NCBI GenBank assembly: GCA_035534695.1
Contig: DATLRN010000029.1
Location: 8,771-72,770, forward strand
Reading direction: 5' to 3'
From: Candidatus Dormiibacterota bacterium
Lineage (GTDB): Bacteria > Chloroflexota > Dormibacteria > Aeolococcales > Bog-877
Length of the DNA stretch: 64,000 nucleotides
Numbering within the stretch: position 1 is the first letter of the stretch; every line of letters begins with the position of its first letter. Made by a program: the position numbers and the translations under genes. Positions 8,927 to 17,556 of this stretch are shown in pieces. The notes beneath the pieces are model-generated. The model saw only the letters and a list, made by a program, of their open reading frames with translations, had not been told where the DNA came from and ran no database searches.

Positions 8927-10048
8927 TTAGGCAAGAGGCCCCTCGCCGAGCAAGTGCTGGCGGCGGGCAACCAGGGCCTGGAGTCGGCTCTCCTCAATGG
9001 CCTGGCGCACCTCACTCATGAGGCGGCCGAGATGGCAGAGGTTGTGCAGGCTGATCAGCCGGTGACCCAGGATCTCCCCGGCGCCGTAGAGGTGGCGTAG
9101 GTAGGCGCGACTGAAGGTGCTGCAGGCAGGACAGCCACAGCCGTCCTCCAGAGGCCTGGCATCCCCGCGAAACCGAGACTGGCGCAGGGAGATCCGGCCA
9201 CGATCGGTAAGGGCTGTCCCGGTCCGGGCCAGCCGAGTCGGCAACACGCAGTCGAAGAGGTCGATTCCCCGAGCGATCGCCTGAAGCAGATCGATGTCCG
9301 TGCCCAGGCCCATGACGTAGCGTGGCAGCTGCTCGGGTAAGTGCTCGACACAGGCGTCGATGGCCAGGTGCCGCACCGGAGGTGGCTCGCCCAGCACCAG
9401 CCCGCCCAGGGCTATGCCATCGAATCCGAGCCCGGCGATCACCTCCGCCGACAGTGCCCGAGCCCGGGGCTCAAACCCGCCCTGCACGATCCCGAAGAGG
9501 AGCGATGAACCGGTGTCCACCTGGCGGCAGCGCTCCGCCCAGAGGTGGGTCCTGCGAGTGGCGACCTCGGCCAGCTCGGTCGGTGTGCCGTAGGGAACCG
9601 GCTGATCCAAGGCCATGATCACGTCGCTGCCCAACCTCAGCTGCCCCTCGACCACACCACCAGGGGTCAGCTGGATGGTGGCCCCGTCGTAGGGCGAGCG
9701 GAAGGTGACGCCCGCATCGTCCAGGTCGACCAGGTCGCCCAGGCTGACCAGCTGGTAGCCGCCGCTGTCGGTCAGGATCGAGCCGCTCCAGCCCATGAAT
9801 CGGTGCAGTCCTCCCAGCTCCTGGATGAGATCGATACCGGGGCGCAGAGAGAGGTGGTAGAAGTTGCAGAGGAGCACTTCGGCTCCCGTCTGGGCTACCT
9901 CGTCAGGGGAACATGCCTTGACGGTGGCGTGGGTGCCGACGGGCATGAATGTGGGTGTTTGCACCTCGCCATGGGCGGTGCGCAGGGTACCCCGTCGGGC
10001 CCGTCCGTCACGAGCCGAGATGTTGAAGTTGCCGGTCGTCGTGGTCAC
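8927..10048 (-). CDS. tgt: Queuine tRNA-ribosyltransferase
   Basis: ARRGTLRTAHGEVQTPTFMPVGT, the ILTDSGGYQ motif and the Zn site CGCPAC...H. Confidence 0.93.
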   Translation of the reverse strand: MTTTTGNFNISARDGRARRGTLRTAHGEVQTPTFMPVGTHATVKACSPDEVAQTGAEVLLCNFYHLSLRPGIDLIQELGGLHRFMGWSGSILTDSGGYQLVSLGDLVDLDDAGVTFRSPYDGATIQLTPGGVVEGQLRLGSDVIMALDQPVPYGTPTELAEVATRRTHLWAERCRQVDTGSSLLFGIVQGGFEPRARALSAEVIAGLGFDGIALGGLVLGEPPPVRHLAIDACVEHLPEQLPRYVMGLGTDIDLLQAIARGIDLFDCVLPTRLARTGTALTDRGRISLRQSRFRGDARPLEDGCGCPACSTFSRAYLRHLYGAGEILGHRLISLHNLCHLGRLMSEVRQAIEESRLQALVARRQHLLGEGPLA

Positions 10049-11094
10049 CCTCGGCGCCAGCCGAACATGCAGTCCCCGAAGCTGAGGAATCGGTAGCCCC
10101 GGCTCAGCGCGTCGCGGTAGGCGCTGCGAATCGTTTGCTCTCCAAAGAAGGCACTGACCAAGACCAGCAGCGATGACCTCGGTTGGTGGAAGTTGGTGAG
10201 CAGACCGTCGACCACCCGAAAGCGGCTACCCGGGCGCAGGTACAGATCTGTCTCGCCCACCCCCGCTACCACCCCGCCTCGGTCGTCCGGCCGCGATTCC
10301 AAACAGCGAACGGCCGTCGTCCCAATCGCAACCACCCGGCCTCCAGAAGACCGCGCCCGTCCAATCTGATCCTCGGCCGCCTCGGGAATCTGATAGCGCT
10401 CCACGTGCATGGGGTGAGCTTCGATGGTCGCCGCCCGGATCGGTGTGAAGGTAGCCAGCCCCACCTCCAACTGGATCCGCGCGACCTCAACACCCACTCC
10501 GGCAATCTCCTCGAGGAGGGACTCGGTCAGATGCAGTCCAGCGGTGGGCGCAGCAGCAGAGACCGCCGGACCCGTGGCATATACCGTTTGGTAGCGCTCG
10601 GGGTCTTGGATTCCCCGCTTCAGGTAGGGCGGCAAGGGCACCTCGCCGATTTCCTCCAGCGCCACCCCGCGGTCGGTCTCCAGCCGCACCTCCCGTCCAG
10701 CCACATGCCCCGGCCAGACCCCCTCCACCACCACCCTCCAACCTTCGCCCTCCAGTACCGACCCCGGAGCCATGGTCCGGCCGGGGCGGGCCAGCGCCAG
10801 ATAGCGAAGAGGACCAGTCTCTCGGAGCAGCAGGATCTCGCCCGGGCTGCTGCCTATCCGGCCCCGAAGTCGCGCCGCTCGCACCCGGGTGTCATTGAGC
10901 ACCAGACAGTCGCCCGAGCGGAGAAGACCAGGCAGGTCGACCACCCCGGCATCACGGGTCCCACCCGCCGATTCCAGCACCAGCATGCGACTAGAACTCC
11001 GCTCGGCCAGAGGTTGCTGCGCTATCGCCTCGGGTGGCAGATGGTAGTCGAACTCCTCGGTCGGAGTTCCCGACCCCCTATTCGTCGCCGCCAA
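10045..11094 (-). CDS. queA: S-adenosylmethionine:tRNA ribosyltransferase-isomerase
   Basis: FDYHLPPEAIAQQPLAERSSSRMLVL and C-terminal YRFLSFGDCM. 4-nt overlap with tgt. Confidence 0.92.
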   Translation of the reverse strand: MAATNRGSGTPTEEFDYHLPPEAIAQQPLAERSSSRMLVLESAGGTRDAGVVDLPGLLRSGDCLVLNDTRVRAARLRGRIGSSPGEILLLRETGPLRYLALARPGRTMAPGSVLEGEGWRVVVEGVWPGHVAGREVRLETDRGVALEEIGEVPLPPYLKRGIQDPERYQTVYATGPAVSAAAPTAGLHLTESLLEEIAGVGVEVARIQLEVGLATFTPIRAATIEAHPMHVERYQIPEAAEDQIGRARSSGGRVVAIGTTAVRCLESRPDDRGGVVAGVGETDLYLRPGSRFRVVDGLLTNFHQPRSSLLVLVSAFFGEQTIRSAYRDALSRGYRFLSFGDCMFGWRRG

Positions 11095-12136
11095 AAAGCT
11101 CTGCTGCCTGGGTCATCACCGCACCCGGCGCTTGGGCAGGAACCGCCAAATCGAGATGGCGGTAGGCGCTGCCGGTGGCGACTCTGCCCCGGGGTGTGCG
11201 CGCCAAGAAGCCGAGTTGGATCAGGTAGGGCTCGAGCACCTCCTCGATGGTGTGCGGCTCCTCGGCCAGGGCGGCCCCCAGAGTCCCCAGTCCCACCGGG
11301 CCGCCACCGAACTGCTCGCAGAGCAGGCGCAGCAAGGCACGATCAGATGCGTCCAGTCCCTGCTCGTCGATCTGGAGCAGCTGCAACGCCTCTTGAGCTA
11401 ACTTCCGACTGACTTCCCCGTCTCCTCGCACCTGGGCGTAGTCGCGCAACCGGCGGAGGAGGCGGTTGGCCACCCGCGGCGTGCCTCGGGAGCGAGTCGC
11501 CAGCAGCAGGACCGCATCCTCTTCGATGGGGACATCGAGCAGTCCGGCGGAACGCCGAACTATGGTCGCCAGTTCCTCTTGGCTGTAGAAGCCGAGCTTG
11601 AAGGTGGCCCCGAAGCGGTCCCGCAGAGGTGCCGAGATCATGCCGACCATAGTGGTCGCTCCGATCACTGTGAAGCGCTGCAGTGGAATCCGCAGCGCCT
11701 GGGCACCGACGCCCTTCCCTGACACGAAGTCGAAGGAAAACTCCTCCATCGCTGGGTAGAGGCTCTCCTCAACAGCCCGCTGCAGCCGGTGTATCTCATC
11801 GATGAAGAGCACGTCTCCTGAGCTCAGGCTGGTGAGCACGCTGGCCAATGCCCCCTGAAACTCGATCGCCGGTCCGCTGGTGACCCTGATGCCGACTCCC
11901 GTCTCGGCGGCGACGATGTTGGCCAGGGTGGTTTTGCCCAAGCCAGGCGGCCCGGAGAGGAGGAGGTGCTCGATGGGCTCGCCCCGAGACTGGGCGGCGT
12001 CGATGAGGATCGCCAATTGCTCGCGAACCTGGGGCTGGCCGACGAAGTCGTCGAGTCGACGCGGGCGCAGCTGGCGGTCGATCTCGGGTTCGTCTGCGGC
12101 CACTTCCCGGGCCAGGACCGGGCCATCATCGATCAT
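11078..12136 (-). CDS. ruvB: Holliday junction branch-migration ATPase RuvB
   Basis: LRPRRLDDFVGQ, Walker A GPPGLGKTTLA and DEIHRL. Confidence 0.95.
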   Translation of the reverse strand: MIDDGPVLAREVAADEPEIDRQLRPRRLDDFVGQPQVREQLAILIDAAQSRGEPIEHLLLSGPPGLGKTTLANIVAAETGVGIRVTSGPAIEFQGALASVLTSLSSGDVLFIDEIHRLQRAVEESLYPAMEEFSFDFVSGKGVGAQALRIPLQRFTVIGATTMVGMISAPLRDRFGATFKLGFYSQEELATIVRRSAGLLDVPIEEDAVLLLATRSRGTPRVANRLLRRLRDYAQVRGDGEVSRKLAQEALQLLQIDEQGLDASDRALLRLLCEQFGGGPVGLGTLGAALAEEPHTIEEVLEPYLIQLGFLARTPRGRVATGSAYRHLDLAVPAQAPGAVMTQAAELFGGDE

Positions 12137-12753
12137 GGCGAGCTCCTGACACTGATCTGACCCAGCCGCTGCAGGGAGGCCTTGACCACATCCTCCAGGG
12201 TCCGCTCAGACCCGTCCGTGGCGGCAATAGTGTCCGCCACCGCCCGCCTGGCCTCGACCGTGGTGAAGCCAAGCGCTACCAGGGCCGCCGTGGCCTCCTC
12301 TCCCAGCGGATCGTTGACCGGCGTTGGCGGAGGTGTTCCAGGTAGCGCCAGCTGGTCCACTCTGCCCTTCAACTCCAGGACGATGCGCTGCGCTGTTTTG
12401 GAGCCGATCCCCGGTACCGAGGCGAGCAGGGCGTGGTCCTCCTTCATGATCGCCGCGACCAAAGAGGGCCATTCTGCCCGGGCCAGAATCGCCAGCGCCG
12501 CCTTGGGGCCAATCCGTTCGACGGTGAGCAGGTAGCGGAAGAAGACCAACTCCTCAATAGAGAGGAATCCGAACAGAGAGATGGCATCCTCCCGGACCAC
12601 CGTGTGGATCTGGAGGGTCACCTCGCCCGTCTCCCCCATCAGCTGGGCCGTCGTTCGCGGGTGGACGAAGACCTGGTACCCGACCCCACCGACTTCGAGC
12701 ACAGCCCACTCGTCGTCGAGGCGGACTACGGACCCGCGCAGAGAGGCGATCAA
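12133..12753 (-). CDS. ruvA: Holliday junction DNA helicase RuvA
   Basis: The track ORF (to 13110) is an upstream read-through. TTG at 12751-12753 gives (M)IASLRGSVVRLDDEWAVLEVGGVGYQVFV, a typical RuvA N-terminus of 206 aa. This TTG overlaps the ruvC TGA (TTGA). Confidence 0.88.
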   Translation of the reverse strand: MIASLRGSVVRLDDEWAVLEVGGVGYQVFVHPRTTAQLMGETGEVTLQIHTVVREDAISLFGFLSIEELVFFRYLLTVERIGPKAALAILARAEWPSLVAAIMKEDHALLASVPGIGSKTAQRIVLELKGRVDQLALPGTPPPTPVNDPLGEEATAALVALGFTTVEARRAVADTIAATDGSERTLEDVVKASLQRLGQISVRSSP

Positions 12754-13352
12754 GGTCTCGCTGCCACAGCCAGGGCGCGGCGCAATCCGGAAGCGTGCTG
12801 GTGGCAGATTCCTACCGCACAGGCGTCGCTGATGTCGTCCGGGTGCAGCGGTACCCCGTCCCCAAGCAGGAGGCGGACCAGTCTGGCCACTTGTTGTTTG
12901 GGCGCCGAGCCACTCCCGGTGACCGCCTGCTTGATCTCGCCGGGGGTGTATTCGTGCAGCTCCAGCCCAGCCTTGGCTGCCGCGCACACCAGCACCCCGC
13001 GAGCCTGGCTCACCGCCATGGCGGTAGAGACGTTGCGGCTGAAGTAGAGGCGCTCCAAGGAGACCGCCTCGGGATGTTGTGTCGCCACCAAGTGGTCGAA
13101 GCTCTCCCAAAGCGAGAGCAGTCGGGGCCCAGCCTTCTCGGTGGAGGGAGTGGACCAGACGCCGGCACCCCTCAGGGTCACCCGACCGCCCCCGCCATCA
13201 ACGAGAGCCCAACCCGTGAGCGCCAGCCCGGGGTCCAACCCCAGAACTAACAGGATCCCACCAGGAGCGGCGCCCGGGCCATTGCCGTAGCCCTTAGACC
13301 TCTGCCAGGACGTCGTCCGGGAGGACCGCATTGCAGTGGACCTCGCGGACAT
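12750..13352 (-). CDS. ruvC: Crossover junction endodeoxyribonuclease RuvC
   Basis: ILLVLGLDPGLALTGWALVD...SPSTEKAGPRL...EIKQAVTGSGSAPKQQV matches RuvC. The start is uncertain because the ATGs at 13352 and 13331 lie inside the yebC 3' end. Confidence 0.85.
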   Translation of the reverse strand: MSARSTAMRSSRTTSWQRSKGYGNGPGAAPGGILLVLGLDPGLALTGWALVDGGGGRVTLRGAGVWSTPSTEKAGPRLLSLWESFDHLVATQHPEAVSLERLYFSRNVSTAMAVSQARGVLVCAAAKAGLELHEYTPGEIKQAVTGSGSAPKQQVARLVRLLLGDGVPLHPDDISDACAVGICHQHASGLRRALAVAARP

Positions 13353-14037
13353 CGTCGTGCTCGTCTAGCGCCTCGAGGAGCCTGACCACTGCGGGGGCAT
13401 TCTTCGCGTCGACCTCAACGGTATTGCTCGGCTGCATGGTGACCTCAGCGCTCTCCACCGTGATGGCGGCGTCATCGAGGGCCCGCCGGAGTGACTCCAG
13501 CCGCTCGGGCGCCACGTATACCTCGACTCCACCGTCCTCCACCTGGACGTCGTCGGCTCCGAGCTCGATGGCCTGTAGCGCCAGAGCCTCGGGATCGTGG
13601 GAGTCGGGGTTGACGCGGATAAGCCCGGTTCGATTGAACATCCATCCCACCGAGTTGGACTCCCCCAGGCTGCCACCAGACCGGGCGAAGAGGTTGCGGA
13701 TGCCGGCGACTGTGCGATTGCGATTGTCGGTCAAGACATCGACCAGGATCGCCACCCCGCTGGGGCCATACCCTTCGTAGCGGATCTCCTCGATGGCGGC
13801 ACCCTGGAGCTCGCCAGTACCCCGCTTGATCGCCCGCTCGATGTTGTCCGCCGGCATGTTGACCTCGCGCGCCTTCTGCATCGCCAGGCGGAGGCGGAAA
13901 TTGCTGTTGGGATCACTGCCCGATTCGCGAGCGGCCACGGTGATCTCGTTGCCGACCTTGGTGAAGGTCTGCCCTTTGCGAGCGTCAACCACCGCCTTCT
14001 TGTGTTTGATCCCCGCCCACTTGGAGTGACCCGACAC
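13294..14037 (-). CDS. yebC: YebC/PmpR family DNA-binding transcriptional regulator
   Basis: MSGHSKWAGIKHKKAVVDARKG N-terminus. GTG start 7 nt after GGAGG. Confidence 0.93.
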   Translation of the reverse strand: MSGHSKWAGIKHKKAVVDARKGQTFTKVGNEITVAARESGSDPNSNFRLRLAMQKAREVNMPADNIERAIKRGTGELQGAAIEEIRYEGYGPSGVAILVDVLTDNRNRTVAGIRNLFARSGGSLGESNSVGWMFNRTGLIRVNPDSHDPEALALQAIELGADDVQVEDGGVEVYVAPERLESLRRALDDAAITVESAEVTMQPSNTVEVDAKNAPAVVRLLEALDEHDDVREVHCNAVLPDDVLAEV

Positions 14038-14363
14038 CGAACTACCTCCGATCTCGGCGGCCGCGACCTAGCGGCAACCCTGAACGAACATACATTCTCA
14101 ATGGGTCCAGTCTAACCTGGGCTCGCTTCACTTAGCCTAGCAGTCCGCCGAGATGGGACCTGAGAGCGCGCCCACCCCCTTTCGCAGTCCGAGAATGCGT
14201 GTCGGAATTTGTCGTATACGAAACCCGTGAGCCTTGCCGCCAGTGTTCGACGCCGACCTCCTTCCGGAAATGACCGCCAGCCGGCCAACGGGGCCAGGGC
14301 TACGGACGCCGGGCACACTGTGCAGACACGTCGGTGCGCGTCGGACGATGCCTCGAGGAGTTG

Positions 14364-15617
14364 TCAGTCCGCCCTCAGACGCACGACCCGGCGGGCTCCG
14401 ACTCGGAGCACGGCACCATCGGCCGGAGTGAGTGCGCGGCGCCAATCGGCGATCCGCTCGCCCGCCAGGTCCACGGCTCCGCCGCTGACTAACCGCGCTG
14501 CCTCCCCTTTCGAGTTTGCCATGCCGCAGGCAACCAGTAGTTCACGAATGTCCCAGGCTCGGCTCAAGTCAACTGCAACCTCCGGGATCTCGGTGGGAAG
14601 TTGGCCATCCCGGTGCACCTGGAAGAACTCCTCGCGAGCGGCGCGAGCTTGGGACGGATCGTGCAGGAACGCAACCAGCTGCTGCGCCAGGTCAGCCTTG
14701 GCGTCGCGGGGGTTGACGGATCCGTCCTGCAGTCCGTTCTCGACTCCGCTCAACTCCTCGTCCGAGGTATCCGTCAGCAAGGTGAGGTAGCGCACGATGA
14801 GCGGATCGGGAATCGACATCATCTGCCCGAACTGGGCGACGGCACCGTCTCTCACGCCAACCGCGTTGCCCAGGGACTTGCTCATCTTCTTCTCGCCGTC
14901 CAGACCCTCGAGCAGGGGCGTCGTGATGATGTCTTGAGCTGGCTGACCGTATGACGTCTGAACCTCTCGACCGCGAAGCAGGTTGAAAAGCTGGTCACTA
15001 CCTCCTAGCTCCACGTCCGCCCGGATCGCCACCGAGTCGTATCCCTGGAGGAGCGGGTAGAACAGTTCATGGACCCCGATCGGCTGCTCCCCGCGCATAC
15101 GCTGTTCGAAGTCGCTGCGCTGAAGCAGCTGGGCCACGGTCGCGGTCTGGGCCAACCGGAGCACGGCCACCAGGTCGAAGCCATCGAACCACTCACTCTG
15201 GCGCCGAACCTCGGCGGCCTCAGGTTCGATGACACAGAAGAGCTGGTCGAGATACGTCTTGGCGTTCGCCTCGACTTCCTCAACTGTGAGTTGTGGCCGG
15301 GTCGCGGAACGGCCGGTGGGGTCTCCGATCCGGGCGGTGTAGTCCCCGATGACCAGCACTGGGGTGTGGCCAGCGTCCTGCCAGCGCCGAAGGAGGCGCA
15401 TGGGCACGAGATGCCCAAGGTGCAGATCGGGAGCGCTAGGATCAATCCCGAACTTGATCCTCAGTCTGTCCCCCCGGTTTAGCCGCTCCGAGAGGTGCTC
15501 ACGACTCTCGCAGTTCACGACTCCGCGAAGCAATTCGCTAGCTCTAGTCACAGGCAAAGAGCCTACCTTGACTGAAGGTGGAAGCGGCTCAGACAAATCT
15601 CCGCTGGGTCCTCGCAA
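14364..15617 (-). CDS. tyrS: Tyrosine--tRNA ligase
   Basis: HIGH motif (DLHLGHLVP), KMSKS (KKMSKSLGN) and a C-terminal S4-like domain. The track start is TTG, and the true start may be slightly downstream. Confidence 0.92.
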   Translation of the reverse strand: MRGPSGDLSEPLPPSVKVGSLPVTRASELLRGVVNCESREHLSERLNRGDRLRIKFGIDPSAPDLHLGHLVPMRLLRRWQDAGHTPVLVIGDYTARIGDPTGRSATRPQLTVEEVEANAKTYLDQLFCVIEPEAAEVRRQSEWFDGFDLVAVLRLAQTATVAQLLQRSDFEQRMRGEQPIGVHELFYPLLQGYDSVAIRADVELGGSDQLFNLLRGREVQTSYGQPAQDIITTPLLEGLDGEKKMSKSLGNAVGVRDGAVAQFGQMMSIPDPLIVRYLTLLTDTSDEELSGVENGLQDGSVNPRDAKADLAQQLVAFLHDPSQARAAREEFFQVHRDGQLPTEIPEVAVDLSRAWDIRELLVACGMANSKGEAARLVSGGAVDLAGERIADWRRALTPADGAVLRVGARRVVRLRAD

Positions 15618-16100
15618 CGGTAGTCCCTCCGCTCCCGAAGTCCCGAGACGCCTTTTTTACGTAGGGCACAACATCCTCGTGAAGGACTGCGCACCCAATA
15701 CCATGCCGGGCGCAGAGCGCTACCCCCGTATAGGGTCTCGCAACAATGCGGACAGCCACCGTCTCTTTGAGGCTCTACGGGACCCTTCGACGCCGTGGAT
15801 GACAACGCAGTCAATGCAGCGCTTGACGATGACTTACCCGAAGTGTCTTCCTCTCTGGCGCTGTCCGGCTCCGGCAGTTGGGCTTAACCGTGGCGTTAGC
15901 AAGTTCGACACTATTGAGTTCTCGACCAGATAGTGGTACGGTCGCGGGGTAGGTTCGGTCCCGACGGAGGTATCAGCTATGAGAACCGTCTGGAGTTACC
16001 TGAGGCACACTCGGGCGGAGTGATCGGCCCTCCGGGGTCGTAGCAAGGCGGATCAACTTCGGTCCGTCATGAAGCTCCGGCCCCGGGGAGGGGCAGCTCA

Positions 16101-16790
16101 CTAACTGGTTTCTTGTTCCGGCTGATCCGTCGGAACTGGTGCCTTAGGCACTGCATATTTACGGAGCGAGCCCTGCGGGGCTCGCTCTTTCTTGTTGGTC
16201 CGGGTACGCGAGGTGGCTGCCCTGCCCTTGGCGACGAAGCGCAGGAGGCTCGGGTCTCGTACGCCTACTCTTGGGGTCACCTCGTGGCACCACGGTGCGT
16301 CTGGACCAGCCTCGAACCAGATGGCACCGACTCCAGGTCGGCAGAGGTCCAATCCGTTGCAGGCAAGGTCAATCTCCAAGGTGCAACAGAGGAGGGCTGG
16401 TCCCTCAAGCCGAAGTTCTCCTCCCTCCCCCATTTCAACGGCGCCCCGGAAAAGAACCGCCTGGGGGTCGCCGGACATTCCGGTTACTACGTTCAGACAG
16501 TGGTGCATCCCGTAGATGAAGTAGACGTAGGCGAAGCCAGCCTCACCGAACATGGGAGCGTTGCGACTGGTTCTACCTCGAAAGGCGTGTGAAGCCGGAT
16601 CGGATGTACCCAGGTAGGCTTCCGTCTCGGTTATCAGGACCCGAATCTCTTGGTCATGGAGGAGCCGTACCAAGTAGCATCCGAGCAACGCTTGGGCAAC
16701 CACGGGGCTGGGCCGAGAGAAGAATCCGCGAGCAAGCGGCACTCGACCCCCGGAGACGGCAATCTCGGCTTCGAAGGGAGCGTCGGGCAC
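16101..16790 (-). CDS. mpg: DNA-3-methyladenine glycosylase (Mpg/AAG family)
   Basis: ITETEAYLG..DPASHAFRGRTSRNAPMFGEAGFAYVYFIYGMHHCLNVV is the AAG-family core. A basic ~40-aa C-terminal tail follows. Confidence 0.88.
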   Translation of the reverse strand: MPDAPFEAEIAVSGGRVPLARGFFSRPSPVVAQALLGCYLVRLLHDQEIRVLITETEAYLGTSDPASHAFRGRTSRNAPMFGEAGFAYVYFIYGMHHCLNVVTGMSGDPQAVLFRGAVEMGEGGELRLEGPALLCCTLEIDLACNGLDLCRPGVGAIWFEAGPDAPWCHEVTPRVGVRDPSLLRFVAKGRAATSRTRTNKKERAPQGSLRKYAVPKAPVPTDQPEQETS

Positions 16791-16791
16791 G

Positions 16792-17556
16792 CTAGCGGAG
16801 ACCGGTCACCACGGCGGCACCTCCCCGGCGCCAGACAACGGCAGCCTCGGAGAAGCCGGCTGCCTTCAGCTTCTTCAGATGCCAGTCAGCTCCCGGTGTG
16901 AACTCGTCCGGATGGAGGAGTCCGCCGAAACGCCGGTTGCGCTCCGCTAGGAGTTCCGCGAAGGCAGGATCGTTCTCGATCCGGGCCCACCACTCCTCCC
17001 ACCCCTCGCCTGGGCCAGTTGACTCCGGCTCCAGCTTTTCCGCGACGCGGGCCAGGTCGGGAGTCGCCTCCAAAGGGAAGTGATCTGCGTCGGCGAAGAC
17101 CCCGCCCGAGCGAACCAATCCTGCCACCGCCTGATATACCGCGGCCAACCTCTCCGGTGCCAACCAATGCAGAGCCGTCGCCGATATCACAGCGTCGAAG
17201 TCACGGACGGGAAGCGACTCGACCCAATCGTCGCGACGGAGATCGACCTCCGCCAGAGTGACTCGATCGTCGCCCTGGAAGACCCCCTGGGCGATCCTCA
17301 AGAGCACCGGGTCGATGTCAGCCGCCACCACCTCGGCAGCGGGAAAGCGCGCCAGGATCCTGCTGGTGATGGACCCGCAGCCGCATGCCAGATCGAGGAC
17401 ACGAGGCGACGCCTGCCCAGCTACCGCCCCGACCAGGGTAGCCAACACGGAGAACCGTTCCTCTCGATCAGGTAGGAAGCGCTGCTGCTGCCGATCCCAG
17501 CTCTCCTGCCACTCGATCCAGCGCCTGCGCTCGTCGCCGGCCTCGGCGTTGCTCAT
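16792..17556 (-). CDS. Class I SAM-dependent methyltransferase, substrate unknown
   Basis: Motif I VLDLACGCGS with following acidic residues (VVAADID). No further specificity is visible. Confidence 0.75.
   Translation of the reverse strand: MSNAEAGDERRRWIEWQESWDRQQQRFLPDREERFSVLATLVGAVAGQASPRVLDLACGCGSITSRILARFPAAEVVAADIDPVLLRIAQGVFQGDDRVTLAEVDLRRDDWVESLPVRDFDAVISATALHWLAPERLAAVYQAVAGLVRSGGVFADADHFPLEATPDLARVAEKLEPESTGPGEGWEEWWARIENDPAFAELLAERNRRFGGLLHPDEFTPGADWHLKKLKAAGFSEAAVVWRRGGAAVVTGLR

Noticed and set aside
12754-13110. Apparent N-terminal extensions suggesting unusually long or fused proteins: ruvA 325 aa, pheT 870 aa, alaS 894 aa, thrS 610 aa, nusB 251 aa, xseA 491 aa, rluB 296 aa.
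   Set aside because: The extensions overlap the upstream gene in another frame, are Arg/Pro/Gly-rich, and are followed by an internal start that reproduces the canonical N-terminus, often overlapping the upstream stop codon.
14038-14363. 325-bp spacer between tyrS and yebC containing track ORFs 14112-14318 and 14137-14445. Considered as small genes or an ncRNA.
   Set aside because: GC3 of the 68-aa frame is only about 63% by hand count, against ~85-95% in real genes here. No motif or convincing structure was found. Most likely this is the yebC promoter region; the yebC GTG is preceded by GGAGG.
15931-15970. tRNA-like or T-box-like string on the plus strand (GTGGTACGGTCGCGGGGTAGGTTCGGTCCCGAC).
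   Set aside because: No acceptor, D or anticodon arms can be built. GGTTCGGTCCC does not close into a 5-bp T stem. There is no downstream plus-strand gene that a T-box could regulate.
15618-16100. Possible T-box riboswitch leader for tyrS. Minus-strand ACGGUGGCUGUCCGC at about 15745-15759 and AUUGGGUGCGCAGUCC at about 15683-15698 resemble the GGGUGGUACCGCG T-box core.
   Set aside because: Neither matches the consensus past GGUGG/GGGUG. The UGGC would pair with a G discriminator rather than the A of tRNA-Tyr. No terminator U-tract or clear SD-sequestering helix follows. I could not build a Stem I with a UAC specifier loop and AG bay. The region is left as an unexplained spacer, not called as a T-box.
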